Origin: Camelus dromedarius
Lineage: Eukaryota
DNA: 64,000 nucleotides
NCBI RefSeq assembly: GCF_036321535.1
Contig: NC_087437.1
Location: 27,096,001 to 27,160,000, forward strand
Reading direction: 5' to 3'
This document shows positions 15,838 to 28,165 of the stretch, in pieces; positions within the stretch are counted from its first letter, which is position 1; each line of letters starts with the position of its first letter. A program made the position numbers and the translations under genes. The notes beneath the pieces are model-generated. The model did no database searches and was not told where the DNA came from. It saw only the letters and a program-made list of their open reading frames with translations.

Positions 15838-17369
15838 CTGAAATTTAGAGAAGATGTTAGTTTTTGGTATACCTATACAGTTGTTAGCGGTTCTTCTAAT
15901 TATAGTACATTTGACAATCAAATGACAGATGTTCATAGAAGATCCTGATTTCTTTTTTCTTTAAAATATTTTCTTCCATTCTTACGTCTTCAGTAAAATC
16001 AGGCACAATGTATTTGTGTCACATCTGTTCTTTGCATAATACTCCTTTTTTAAATCTTGGAGACTCCAAATACCATATTATTTCCCTCAGGGAGTAAATT
16101 ACTACCCCTCTGTGTATGTCTGTTGGTGGTGGTGGTGGTGATGATGGTATGTATGTTTAAACAGTTACTTGAATTTAAATTAGAACATATTGTTCATTTA
16201 AAAATAGCTTTATAATAATCCAGGCTTTTTTTTAAAGGGCTGAAGTTAAATGCATTGTAATTAAGCAACCTGTATTTTTTCTGCAAGTAGTTTAATCAGT
16301 TATTTGAGTTACTGTGGCATGACAAGAAGCAGGAATGTTTTGACTTTTACTAGCTAAAATGACTATTACTGGTAACAAGTGAACAATAACTAATGCTTTT
16401 CAAGTGCCTTTGCCTCTTTGAATTTTAATTTTTTTGCCACAGTTTGCTGGCTCTTCTAAAATGATCAAACACAAATTTTCCAAATAATAGAGTCAACTTG
16501 AGGATTGTTACTTTTTCACCTTTCTTAGTTCTCTTAGTCTCCACCTTACGTTTTTGATGCTTTGTTCCTTGGCACATTGTGTGTTTTGTAGGGTGTTTTA
16601 ATTCTGAAATGGCTGTGTCCTGTAATGGGTGGAGAACTCCTCTGCATAAGCCACTTGAGCAAGTGTTGGGGGGAGTCCTATTTCTCTGACCTCCCAGGGC
16701 AACAAGTTATGGGACCAAGAGTAAAGGAACACTGAAGATCAGTCCCTAGACAACATTTTATGTTTGAGTCTTTTCCCAATTCAATGGGTAACAAAATCAA
16801 TACATTACTCATCTAGGTCTCTTTGCCTTCCTTAAACCAACACCATAGATTGTTTCTGAAATTCTATGTAAAAACAGCAGATAACTGAGGATAAGAACAA
16901 AATTAACATTTACGGAGAACTTACTGTGTAGTAGTAGATACAATAGTAGATACATGTGCTTTACTCACATTATTTCATTTATCTTTACAAAGATGAATTG
17001 AGGTGGGAATTAGTATTTCCTTCGCACAGACAAGGAAACTGGGGCTCTAGGGACCTCTTTCAAAATCAGGCATGGCTGATGCAGAAGGGCCCAGGCCTGT
17101 TTGATTCCAAAACCTGTGTTTTCTTTGCATTCATCTGCCTCCTAAAGTTTGCCCCATTTTTAATCAAAATAGTAATGGGGCAGTTAAAGGTAGAGGTTGA
17201 GCCAACATTGGTTGCATTTTTATGACTTTTTAGGAGGGATTTTCTTAAAAATAGAATCTCACCAAATTCACCAGAGAATGCTTTGAAATATAAAAGAAGT
17301 ATCTTCTTAGGAATATTTATGAGGAGAAATTAAGAATTTGATCTAGGAAAGAGAGGTTCCCATGTAATA

Positions 17370-19530
17370 GGAAGTCCAGGTCAAGATGGCACCTGAGCAC
17401 ATAATTCTCCTGTTCCTTTCCAAGATCTTACTAACAAACACTTAAACACACACAAAGAGTAGCCCTGGAAAACAAGAAAGGGGTCATCAGTAGACAAGTA
17501 ATACTGAAGAAGACCTTAAAAGGAAGAAAATAAGTGGCCTCAGGCTGATGGAAAACGAGAGCAGAGACCACCAGAGCTCAAGATAAGAGAGATAATAAGT
17601 GAAGTTCTTCCCAAGGGAACTTCGGAGGAGCTCCTAGCCTAGACAAGACCAAATGCAGAGAGAAGGAGGCTGCGGACTGTCATCAGAGTAGTTCAAGGAG
17701 TGAACATGGAACAGCTGGCGTTGGCAGCAGTTGTTTTTATTTCCAGATGAAGCCCACAGAACTGTTTTCTAAAAAGAGTGGGCAGTCTTTCTGGGGAGGT
17801 TTTAGGTCTGAAAGAGCAGCAGAGCACAGGATGAGGGGCTCAGAAACGGCCCAACAGGCTTGGGTGAGAAAGGAGGAAGGGGCAGTCCACCAGGAAAGAA
17901 ATGCATAAGGAACTCCAACCACACAGTAAAGCGTCCGCAGGCTAACTCTAGTAGTACCGGGGGTTTTCTGCTTGCGGTGCCTCTGCCAACGCCCCCGCCC
18001 CGGAAGCCGCCGTGACGCGCCCCGCACCCCCTCCCCCCCACGCAGGACTCACGGACCACCCTCCCCTGCCAGCCCTTTAAGGAAACGGAACTGCTTAGCT
18101 GCAGAGGGTCCCCGTGTTAGCTACCTACCAGTCATTTATCGATAAATACAAATGGATGACCAAGGATTACCAGTGACTTAAAGACAATCAGTAGCACGAA
18201 GAAAGGGCAAGATAAACAGAACGACTGCTCCTGAAAGGAAAAAGAAGAAATTCAAAGAACAAAGGAGAATTTAAGTATAAGAGTACCCTCTAAAAAATTT
18301 AAACAATAAAAGAGTACCCCAGAAGAGATATTAAAACACGTACACACACAACTATTTTGAACAGCAATAATCAGAGAATAAGAACTGGTTCTTGGAAATT
18401 ACAAGTATGAACCCCCAAATTAAAAATTCTGTACAAAGGCAGCAGAGTAGCATGTAAACACCAAAAATCTTGAAGATATCCAAGCGGTCCAACAGCTATC
18501 CAGCAGGCGTTCCGAAGGAAAGAATAGAGACAATGAAAGGGAGGAAATAGTGAAATATCAGAAGGGTGTGAGAAGCAGACTGATCAGTCGTACTGGATAC
18601 TAGAAGGCAACGAAGCAGTCTTCAGAGTTCTGCAGGAAAATGGTTTTAAACCTATTCCTTTATGCCAGGTTATATTATTAATAAAATATGACAGCAAAAG
18701 GAAGAAATGTCAAGACAGGTAAGAACTCAGAAATTGACTACCCATGAGATTGATACGAAATAATAACCTGAGGAGTTTCTCCAGCTAAAAGAAAGAAATA
18801 TGGAAATCAAGAATGTATGGCCAAACTGAGAGTTGAAAAGTTCTTTTAGGAACCAAATTTTACAGACATAGAATTGCATTTTCTTGTGCTTGAATGTAGT
18901 CACTTTGGTTCTTAGCATAAAATTATGAGTATTGGTTATTGGCTTTCAATTTTTAGATTCAATCTGTACACAAAGCACTAAGCTAATTATAATTACAAAA
19001 CATACAAACATAATAAAACCGGGCAAAGTAACATGTCTTTACATGAATATATATTATACATTTTAATGAAGTTTGTTATACAATTTATTGTTAATTGGGA
19101 GAGAAAAGGGGAGAGGAGAGATAGAAGGAAGTTAATAGAAAGGCATTAAGGTGTTAATTTTTCAAAATAGAGTTAACAGTCACAAAAATTCATGAATCAA
19201 GAAGTAGAGGTTTAAATACTTTAAAGTCCTAAGGTTAGAAAAACTAAAAATAATCTACCTACCAAAACTGAAGAGGAGGGAAGTAGAATGAGTTACATTG
19301 ATTAGCTTTCATGATGGGAAGTCAACAGTTATGTCAAAATAAATCAAGGAATGACAATATGCTATTTAAATTATACTAGAAACAAAGTTAACGGTGTGTT
19401 AACTGGAGTGAGTGGGAGTAGGGAGTGGAGAAGGGAATGGAGAGTTTAAATTTTATACCTTTGTATACTTTAATGTTTTAACCATCTATATAATCTTTTA
19501 TTAAAATGTTGAATTTAAAGGATAAATAAA
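17370..19530 (+). mobile_element. Old L1/HAL1-like element (5' end, degraded ORF1, A-rich tail)
   Basis: caagatggc at 17382; A-rich ORF1-like text (cgttccgaaggaaagaatagagacaatgaaagggaggaaatag); aataaa near 19525. Confidence 0.6.
17930..18070. promoter_or_regulatory. Small CpG-rich promoter-like cluster in ERICH6 intron 2
   Basis: GC box 17993-18001, ETS motif CCGGAAG 18000-18006, half-CRE TGACG 18013-18017. Confidence 0.5.
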
Positions 19531-20096
19531 AACACATAAGTGGGACAGAACAATTCTCCTGCCTAAAAATTGCTTATAAAAGCAAAACTTAGGTGAATAA
19601 TAACATGAGATTGTGGACTCATATTTGGCGTGAGATTTCAGGGAAGATTTATAAAGATGTTCCAAAAGGTGTTTCTCTTGTGTCTTCCTATTATGGTTAA
19701 AAGTGTTTGAAGGCTAATAGCAAGAACAACAAGAAAAAGAAAGGATCGTACTGTCCATTCTCCACAGGTGTCCCTGATCACTCTTGAATTTAGCCAATAG
19801 AGACTTAACATCCTAAAGTTTCATAGCACTTACATAGCATACCGTTATGATATGTTATACTAATCAATAGACATGTCATCTCTCCAGGTAGGAATTAAGC
19901 CAGAGATGGGTAGGGACTCTGTCTCCTCCAAAATGTCTACCAGTGTAGATTTAAAAACAAAACAAAACAAAACTTTTTGAATAAATTGGTTATAAATACT
20001 CTGGATGATTTTGCTCTACTTCCTGACATGTTTATCCAAAAAGTAAGCATCATCATTCAAAACATAATAATATAAAAATTGAAAACATTTTCTTAC

Positions 20097-20154
20097 CTAT
20101 CAAAATTCACTTCAGATATGTCTTTCCTAAATGTCTGAAATATTTTAGGAAAAC
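20097..20154 (-). CDS. ERICH6: ERICH6 exon 2
   Basis: caacag|GT TTT CCT AAA...GAT AG|gtaaga; (S)FPKIFQTFRKDISEVNFD(R); 58 nt. Confidence 0.95.
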
Positions 20155-20197
20155 CTGTTGAATGAAACATTAAACAATTTACCCATTCCCTTTAAAT

Positions 20198-20427
20198 CAG
20201 TGGTTCTCTAAAGGACAGTTTTGCCACCGGTAGACATTTGGCAATGTCTAAAGGCATTTTTGAGTGTCACAAAGCCAGGCATGGCTAATGGCATAGTCAA
20301 AAGTAGACGCCAGGGATGTTGCTAAACATCCTACCCTGCGGACAGTTCCTCCCCCCACCCTCAACACATGCGCTCCTACAAAGAGTGATCCTGACCCAAA
20401 TATCAGTACTGGAAGATTGACAAACCT
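20198..20427. mobile_element. MER20-like hAT MITE
   Basis: cagtggttctc...gacatttggcaatgtct...ccagggatgttgctaaacatcctac...ttgacaaacct. Confidence 0.85.
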
Positions 20428-20859
20428 ATCAAAGTAACTGCTCTGCCTCACTTTTTTAAGAAAGTGGCTGGAGTGGTTTCAGCACAGGAAATTAAGCACA
20501 AAAGTGAATTGTTTTTTACAGGACTGTTTTAGTAGCACAATACCTTTAAGGCAATACTTCTACTGCAGGAGTGGCACGTGGGAGGAGGGGCAGAGAATGA
20601 GAGGACTCGATCACTGTATTAATGTAGACGTAAGTGTTATAAAATGAGCCCTCTGTACAGCACTGCCTGTTTCCAGTTTTATGAGGCGTTTCACCTTTAT
20701 CCTAAATTGTGAACCATCATAACCACTCAGCAAAAGATTTCAGTGCCTTTGACAGAAGGGACTGAGATAGGAGTGTGTGTGAAGTGGTGTGGTGGAAATA
20801 GACACCCAGGTGTACGGGAGTAATTGGACCTAATTGGACCAGCTCTCCCCCAGGGACAG

Positions 20860-21153
20860 GGACGCCTTCCAGGACGGGGCGGGGTGGGGGGCGCTACTTT
20901 TCTGGGAGAAGATGGTGGAGGGCGTGCTCTCGCTGTCTGGCGGGGTCTGGCTCCACGTCAGGCTCTGCGTCGGGCTGAGCGTCGGCGGCGTCGGGCTCAG
21001 GCTGGGGCTGATGACGCTGGTTAAGCGGGGGCGAAAGGCTCTCTGGTCCTCCTCATTGCCTTCACCGAGTTCCAAAAACTTCCAGAACTCATCGCTGAGC
21101 TTCCCATGGACCTCCAGCTCCCCCTCCACGTCCGCAGCCTCCTTGTCCTCCTT

Positions 21154-21184
<31 letters not shown>

Positions 21185-21560
21185 ATCACCTCCTCCTCCT
21201 CCTCGTCCGTAACATCCTCGTCCTCGTTCTCCTCCTGGTCCTCGTCCTTCTCAGGCTTTCTGAAGCTGCCATGCGAGTACATGTTGGCCAAGGCGGGCGG
21301 GAAGCGGGATCACGGCTAGCGCGGCGGACACCGGCGGGTCCCAGCCTAGGGGAGCGCCGGCACCCTTTTGTGCGTCCGTCTCCCTGGGCGACCGCCTGCC
21401 GCTCGGCCCCCAGCCTCGAGATTAAAGCCGCAGAACCCCTGGGCGGGGAGAGGGGCGTAGGGGAGGAGGGGAAGAGAGCTGCCAGGCGAAGCTAGGACTC
21501 CTGCAAGCTTCATTCGCACTGCTCTCTTGAGTCTCAGAGAATCCTAGCAGTCTGCGGGGA
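20860..21560. promoter_or_regulatory. CpG island / ERICH6 promoter
   Basis: High GC and CpG density over exon 1 and upstream; X-box-like GTCTCCCTGGGCGAC at 21378-21392. Confidence 0.8.
20898..21282 (-). CDS. ERICH6: ERICH6 coding exon 1 (Glu-rich N-terminus)
   Basis: ATG at 21282-21280 (GCCAACATGT), reading MYSHGSFRKPEKDEDQEENEDE...EEEEEEEE...RPRLTSVISPSLS...SQK. Resembles recalled human ERICH6 (RPRLASIVSPSL). Donor AAAA|GTAGCG; 385 nt, phase 1, in frame with exon 2. Confidence 0.9.
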
Positions 21561-22148
21561 CTATCTATCTCCCCTTTCAATTTCTCTCGGTTCCTTTGGA
21601 GCCAGTCTTTTCAATTAAAAAAAAAAAAATCTTTTCTAAATTGAGATGTGGTTGATTCACAATATTATATTAGTTTCAGGTGTACAACATTGAAAATTTT
21701 TATAGGTCATACTCCATTTAAGTTTATTATAAACTATTGTAAAGCCAGTCTTTTTTTTTTTTTTTTTTTTTTTGGAGTTGGGTAGGGGAGTGGCTACTAG
21801 AGGTGGACACCCATAAGGCCACTTGGTGTTGCTGAGCTGGAGTTTGGTTTTGGAGTGGACAGATGCCTGTTGAAACTTATGATAAAACTTTATTTACAAA
21901 AACTGGCACCAGTCCTTGGTCGTAGTTTGTAAATTTGATTAAAAAAAAACTACTGCCTTAAATATTATTTATCTTGATTATGAGATTTTTGGCGCCCCCT
22001 TGCATTTTGCACCTGAGAGAAGTGCCTTAGTCTGGTCCAGGGCCTGCTTGATGCTTGTTTCATCCATCCGTCCTAAAGGTGGAGGAAGTCTGAGGCATCT
22101 GGCCACCACCTGCATCTTTCTGGGCCTTTGTTTTCAGCTCCTTGTACT

Positions 22149-22921
22149 TGTTACCCTCGAAAACTGGAAATAAACTCAGGTTGGGCTGCTGGCTCAGAAG
22201 CCAGTGTTTTGAGAGACAAGGGTTGGTGGAAAAAGAAGGATATTTTGTTCAGGAAGCTAACAACCTGGGGAGATGGCAAACTAGCATCCCCCAAACTATC
22301 TCCCAGTTGCCAGTCAGCGGGCAAGAGCTTTTAAAGGAAGGCTTTCAAGGATGTGCAGGCGGGGGCTACGTGCAGAACAGCATAGTCAGCTCCAATAGTC
22401 ATCTTCAAACTGGTCATACTTTGTTCTGGTTAGTGCCATCTTGATTGTTTTAAGTGCAGTTAATCTCAGCTCCAGCGTTGGTTTAGTCCCAGTCCTTGAG
22501 GCCAGTACGTGGAATTGTGCTAGCCGTAGACTCAGTGCTGCTCAAGAGGGAGCAGTTTATGTCATAGCTACAGTCTGGTCAACACACAATTAGCTTTTTC
22601 CTTCTGGTGGCAGTTGTAGGATCTGCAAAACAACTCAAGAATATGTCTCAGATACTGTTACCTATGTCTTTCAAGGAGAAATGAAAGATTCTCTGACTGC
22701 TGTATGGCTGATTTCCTGTTTAAAGTGTTACCAACTGTCTAGACCTAACTGCTGTTTTTGTCACCACATGTCTCCATGCTTTCCATAGAGTTCTTGAGCC
22801 AGGCATTTGTGACTCAAGGAAGGCCCCTAGGAGATTGAAGCCTTTTTCTACAAACAAGACACAGAGGGCACAGAAGAGCTTTTGTACCTGGGAGGGCCCC
22901 GCAGGGTCCTGCATGGTTTAA
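22149..22921 (-). mobile_element. ERV1-type solo LTR with 4-bp TSD
   Basis: tact|tgtta...tttaa|tact (TSD 22145-22148 / 22922-22925); orientation inferred. Confidence 0.7.
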
Positions 22922-23364
22922 TACTTACTAAAATTTGTGTAAAATATTTGTATACACACAGAAAAGTATACAGAGTAATATATTGGACATCTGTTTATCT
23001 ACTACTCAGACTGGGAGATGCAACTTCATTCTATAGTTCAGCTTCCTTTTAAAAGCCCCTCAAATCTGAGAAGTGTTCCTGGTGGAAGGGGTTGTGTCCT
23101 ACTGTTTACTTCACCTCTAAGGTAAAGGAAGCCAACTGAGATTCTGTGTGGTTGAGTAGGACATCTGGGTGTTGTGAAAAGGATCTGGATTGACCGTAAT
23201 ATTAAATGACCAGGGTGAGACTTAGAAGTCCCCTTATATGATCTCTGCTAAATCACCTTACATCTTTCAGCCTCAGTTTCCCTGGGTATAAGCTGGAAAT
23301 AATAATACTTACTACTTACTCCTAGGATGTTTGTGGATATCAATAACTGTGAAATGACTGCCTA

Positions 23365-24180
23365 AACTATCAGAGCATTTTGCCAAAGGCCACCAAGAAT
23401 ACATGTGTAGTTAAATAAGTTGGGTTTACAACTGTTACAGCAAGGTGTCTTAGTAAGAGGATGTTAGAAAGAAACTAACACAGGATTTACTCTTTGGTTG
23501 GATGAATTGGGAGAGGGTCTAAGAAGCAGGGTTTTGCTCTGAATTGGATGCTGTCAGAAAGTGGGTTATTCTGTGATGGGGTATTTTGTGGTGGAACAGT
23601 GACCTTAGTTTTGTTTGTGCTTAAACAAAATTATGAAGTGGCTTTGTTTTGTTTCATTTTATCATGGCATCACAGTAACCCTGTGCCTTACTTGGTTTGG
23701 GCTGCTGTAACAAAATACCATAGACCTGGCGCTTATAAACAACAGGAGTTTATTTCTCACAGTTCTGGAGGCTGGGGAATCCAAGATCGAGGCAATGGCA
23801 AGTCTGGTATCTGGTGAGAGCCCATTTCCTGGGTCATAGACCTCTGTCTTTTAGACATGTCCTCACATGGCAGAAGGAATGAGGGAACTCTCTTGAGCCT
23901 CTTTTATAAGGGCACTAATCCCATTCATGAGGGCTCTGTCCTTATGACCTAATCATTGCCCAAAGGCCCCACCTCCTAGAACCATCATATTGGAGATTAC
24001 GTTTCAATGTATGAATTTTAAGGTGGCACAAACATTCTAGGCTGTAGCCCCTTATGTGAGGTTGCTATTTTTAGAGAATATTTCTATTCAACAGGAGAAC
24101 TAAATGGCCTGACTGTAAGCATCAGACCGGCTTGAAATAATACTGAGGTCCACCTGTGAGGATCAGGTCATTTCCTGGCC
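23365..24180. mobile_element. Old ERVL-type LTR interrupted by an MLT1A-like MaLR LTR (~23685-24050, minus)
   Basis: gggctgctgtaacaaaataccatagac...tttatttctcacagttctggaggctgg nested in LTR-like flanks. Confidence 0.7.
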
Positions 24181-25445
24181 TCAGAGACTTACAGCCTTGA
24201 GTTTTCCAGCCCAGGGACTTTTACAGGGCTCCCAAGGGAGCAGAAAGTGAGAAGTGAAGTGTCTAGGATCACTAAGCACTATTTTATGATTCTCAAATCA
24301 AACCAATGTTCATTGAGGACTGTGAGCCAGCCCTCTGCTGGGTGCTGGGCTCTGGCAGTGAGTAGGAGAGGCGTGGTCCCTGCCCTCACAACCCACCAAC
24401 AGTACTTGTGCAGGGGCCAGAGTCCGGCAAGCTCTCAGGCACTGGGGCAGAACAAGGCAGGCAAGAGGCATGAAATTGCCCTGCACTCCAGGGAATCTGA
24501 GAAAAAAATCCATGGAATGTTGTTGGAAGAAGCGCTCTTGCAGGTTATCAGAGCAGTCAAGAGCACAGATGAGAGGACATTTGAGCTGCTTTGGAAGGAA
24601 GGGTAAAATGTGGGTGTTTGGAGAGGAGAGTGAAAAGCATTCAGAAGCATTCCAGCGTGCCCAGGGTAGGAAAGGGGCCGGCACCGGCCAGTGTGTGTGA
24701 TGTCCAGGTACAAATAAGATCAATGGGTTAAAAAAATAGCCCAACCATTTTCTGGGCAATCAAAGCATTTTGATGCTGGGAAGGATCCTAGAGGTCATGA
24801 CATTCAGCCGGCCACTTCTGCATATGGGAAGTGACTTGTTTGAGAAAAGGCAAGTTTGTTTGTTTCCAGGGTCCTCAGAGAGCAGAATGGGAGTCAGGAT
24901 GTGGGCTGAAATGGGGGCTGGGAGAGAGCAAGGGAAAAAGTGCTTATTCTGAGCTGCCTGCCCCCAGCGCGGTTCTGTGACTCTCTGGCATTTTCTCAAC
25001 TGTGTGGTGAATTAATTTTACAGTGTCCCTTATTTAGAGGTACTTTGTTAAGGCCTTCTTGAAAGTCTTAGGAATCTCTTTCCCTTGGGTCCACTTACTC
25101 TACAAAGAACAATTTTTTATTTCCCCATGATGGAATCACTCTCCTTTTTTGGTCATTCAGAGGCAAAATAATGCTGGGCCTTTTAATGTTTCCCCTTCCC
25201 TTATTCCCAGTGCCTCACTGGAGTTGGGGGCTTGGGATCTGAAAGCCAGGCACCACCCTCACTAACTGTGGAACTTTGACCTTGCTGAGCCTCAGTCCTG
25301 CATCTGAGACCCCTGATCTGCCTACTTCATGGGCTCTTTTGAGATAAAGTTCAGTTATTATTTTTATTACATTATAAATATATATATTTTAAGTTTCTTA
25401 TTGAGAACTGATCTTGTATTTTATTTTTTAAGACCACATAGTTTT

Positions 25446-25958
25446 TTTTTTAAATTGAAGTATAGTTGATTTACAATATTGTTACTTTCAAATTGATTCA
25501 GTTTTTTGTATATATTTATATATATTCCTTTTTTCAGTTCTTTTCTATTCTAGATTATTAAAAGATATTGAATATAGTTCTCTATGCTATGCAACACATC
25601 CTTGCTATCTGTTTTATATGTGGTAGTATGTATCTATTAATCCTATTCTTCTAGTTTATCCCTTACCTCCTTTCCCTCTGGTAACCGTAAGTTTGTTTTC
25701 TATGTCTGTGAGACTGTTTCAGTCTTGTAAATAAGTTCATTTGTACTATTTCTTTAGATTACACATATAAGTGCTATCATATAATATTTGTCTTTCTCTG
25801 TCTGACTTACTTCACTTAGTGTGATAATCTCTAGGTCCATCCATGTTGCTGCAGATGGCATTACTTCCTTCTTTTTTATGGCTGAGTAATATTCCATTTA
25901 TATATATACCACATCTTTATCCACTCCTATGTTGATGGACACGTAGGTTGTTTCCATA
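25446..25958 (-). mobile_element. 5'-truncated L1 3' end with TSD
   Basis: TSD taagaccacatagtttt / taagagcacatagtttt; ttgaagtatagttgatttacaat tail. Confidence 0.88.
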
Positions 25959-26384
25959 TAAGAGCACATAGTTTTGTTTAGGAAATAATATTATTTCTAT
26001 GATCTATAAAATAATGTTTTAGGTGCTTCCAGTGTAAGTAGATTTAAAACATTTTTTTCCTATCAAAAGTATATCATATTATATCATTACTCTCTGTTGT
26101 AATCATTTGGTATTTTGTCTCCCTTTCTATTTGCCATTTTCTCTCTGAAGACTGCCATGAATATGGCTACTTTGAGAAAGGCAAGAGTAAATTTTTGCCT
26201 GGTGCAGTCTTCTTATTTGTATGCAGAATATTTGAACCATGCTATAAGATACTGCTCTGTTTGGGAAGAAAGTGTAGGGTTTTCAGAGTGCTTTTGTTGC
26301 GCATTGTTCTCATTCAGAGTAGAAGAACAATAGCAAAAAACTGCAGTCTTGCTGAGGGCTGATGAAGACTGCCTGACTACATTA

Positions 26385-26770
26385 GTGTCTTAGTCCGTTC
26401 CGGCTGCTATAACAAAAATTCCATAGACAGGGCAGCTTATAAACAACAGGAATTTATTTCTTACAGTTCTGGAGGCTGGGAAGTCCAAGATCAAGGTGGT
26501 AGCAGATTTGGTGTCTGATGAGAGCCTGCTTCCTGGTTCATGGACCTCTGTGTTTCTACTCTGTCCTCACATGGTGGAAGGGGCTGGGGAGCACTGAGGG
26601 GTCTCTTTTATAAGAGAGTCTCTTTTATAAGAACACTGATCCCATTCATGAGGCTTCACCCTCGTGACCTAAGCATCTCCCAAAGGCCCCACCTCCTAAT
26701 ACCATCACACTGGGCATTAGGATTTCAACACATGACTTTTGGGGTGACACAAACATTTAGACAATAGCAG
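26385..26770 (-). mobile_element. MLT1A-like MaLR LTR
   Basis: tgtcttagtccgttccggctgctataac...acaaacatttagacaatagca. Confidence 0.88.
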
Positions 26771-27249
26771 TTAGCTATGAGGGCATCTTTCTACCTGTCA
26801 GAACCCCCTCCTTTCCCACAAGCTCCTTTCAGAAGAAGGTTTCTCAAAGCATGTTAAATACCATTGCTATGCAATCAGCAGAGGCTGCCTTGAGGAAGGG
26901 GAGATATAGCAAACACTCTTCACCTCAAGTCCCTAAGTCCTCCTGCTTTCCCTTCCCTGACTTTATATCCTCTTATCCTCTTACTAGTTTTTTTTTTTTT
27001 ACGGTTAAGTCCAGCTTCACTACCCTTTTGATTCCATTGCTTTCAGTCCATAAGCTTAACTGTATATCTTGTTCCTTGTCTCTGGACGGTCCCTGCAGTT
27101 ACAAAGAAGTAATTGCCCTTTGTCCTTGCTGAAACGAACCACTCCAGGGCCATCCGTCCTCTTTCTGCCTCCTACAGGACCATCCATCCATCCATCCATC
27201 CATTCATTTAGTACACTTAATAGTCATTCATTAAAAAAAAATTTACTAA

Positions 27250-27400
27250 GCGGGCAGGGTATAGCTCAGTGGTAGAGTACATGCTTAGCATGCACAATGT
27301 CCTGGGTTTAATCCCCAGTACCTCCATTAAATAATTAAATAAACTTAATTACCTGCCTCCTCTCCCCAACAAACACAAAAATAGGTTTAAAAAATATTTT
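27250..27400 (+). mobile_element. Camelid tRNA-derived SINE (vic-1-like) inserted in L2
   Basis: gggtatagctcagtggtagagtacatgcttagcatgcac...; TSD-like atttactaag/atttaccaag. Confidence 0.88.
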
Positions 27401-27419
27401 AAAAATATATTTACCAAGT

Positions 27420-28050
27420 GTGCAGGCATTGTTCCAGGCCCTGGGAAAGCAGTAGTACACAAGGCTTCTGTTCTCACTCATGGTGCTTACGTTGGGGGAG
27501 GACCACACAATAAACAGTAAGTCTGAAGGTCATAAGTTTCATGGAGAAACTTAAAGTGAGTATACGTGGGAGGGATGCAGAGTTGTGGGCAAGAATAGTT
27601 GCCTTTTGGAGAGGTGGGCACAGAACACCTCTCTAGGAGGGTAATACCTGAGCAAAGGCCTGAAGAAAGCACGGGAGCACCCATGGGGATCCTGAGAAGA
27701 GTGTTCCAGGCACACAAGGCCCAGCCAGTCTGGAACAGAGGAAGCAAGTGATCAATTGTTTGGGGTCTTGGCTTTTCCTCTGAGTAAGGCGGGGAGCCAT
27801 TGGAGGGCTCTGAGCAAGGCCTGCTTTACGTTTTAAACTAGGCTCGACTCGACTCAACTAGATTAGTCTACTCAACTAGACTCTAGATTATGGGAGCACA
27901 AAGGCTTAAGGAGACCTGATCGAAGGCAACTGTAATGAGCAATATTTTTGACAGTGTGTTTGAGGTGCAGCTGCAAGGGCAGAAGAAATGCGTTGGCAAC
28001 AGAGGTGAGTAAAGAAAGCCTGTTAGGACAAGAGAGGGTGTTTTAGGAGT
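27420..28050 (-). mobile_element. L2 fragment
   Basis: caggcattgttccaggccctgg...gagcaaaggcctgaag...gggagccattggagggctctgagcaagg. Confidence 0.7.
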
Positions 28051-28165
28051 CTGGGTCGTGTTCACTCTGTCCCATCAACGACTTGTATCAGTGACTAGGG
28101 CAGCCAGGGTTGGGGCATCAGCTGCTTTGATAAGCTGTGGCCCTCCTTCTCCAGCTGCGTCTCAA

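Noticed and set aside
20834..21495. + strand ORFs of 161 and 129 aa (poly-Ser, poly-Leu)
   Set aside because: Antisense shadows of the Glu-rich ERICH6 exon 1.
27250..27330. tRNA gene-like sequence (also near 12050, 15390, 47620 and 51945)
   Set aside because: Each has a shared non-tRNA tail, an A-rich end, TSD-like flanks and scattered mutations; these are SINEs, not tRNA genes.
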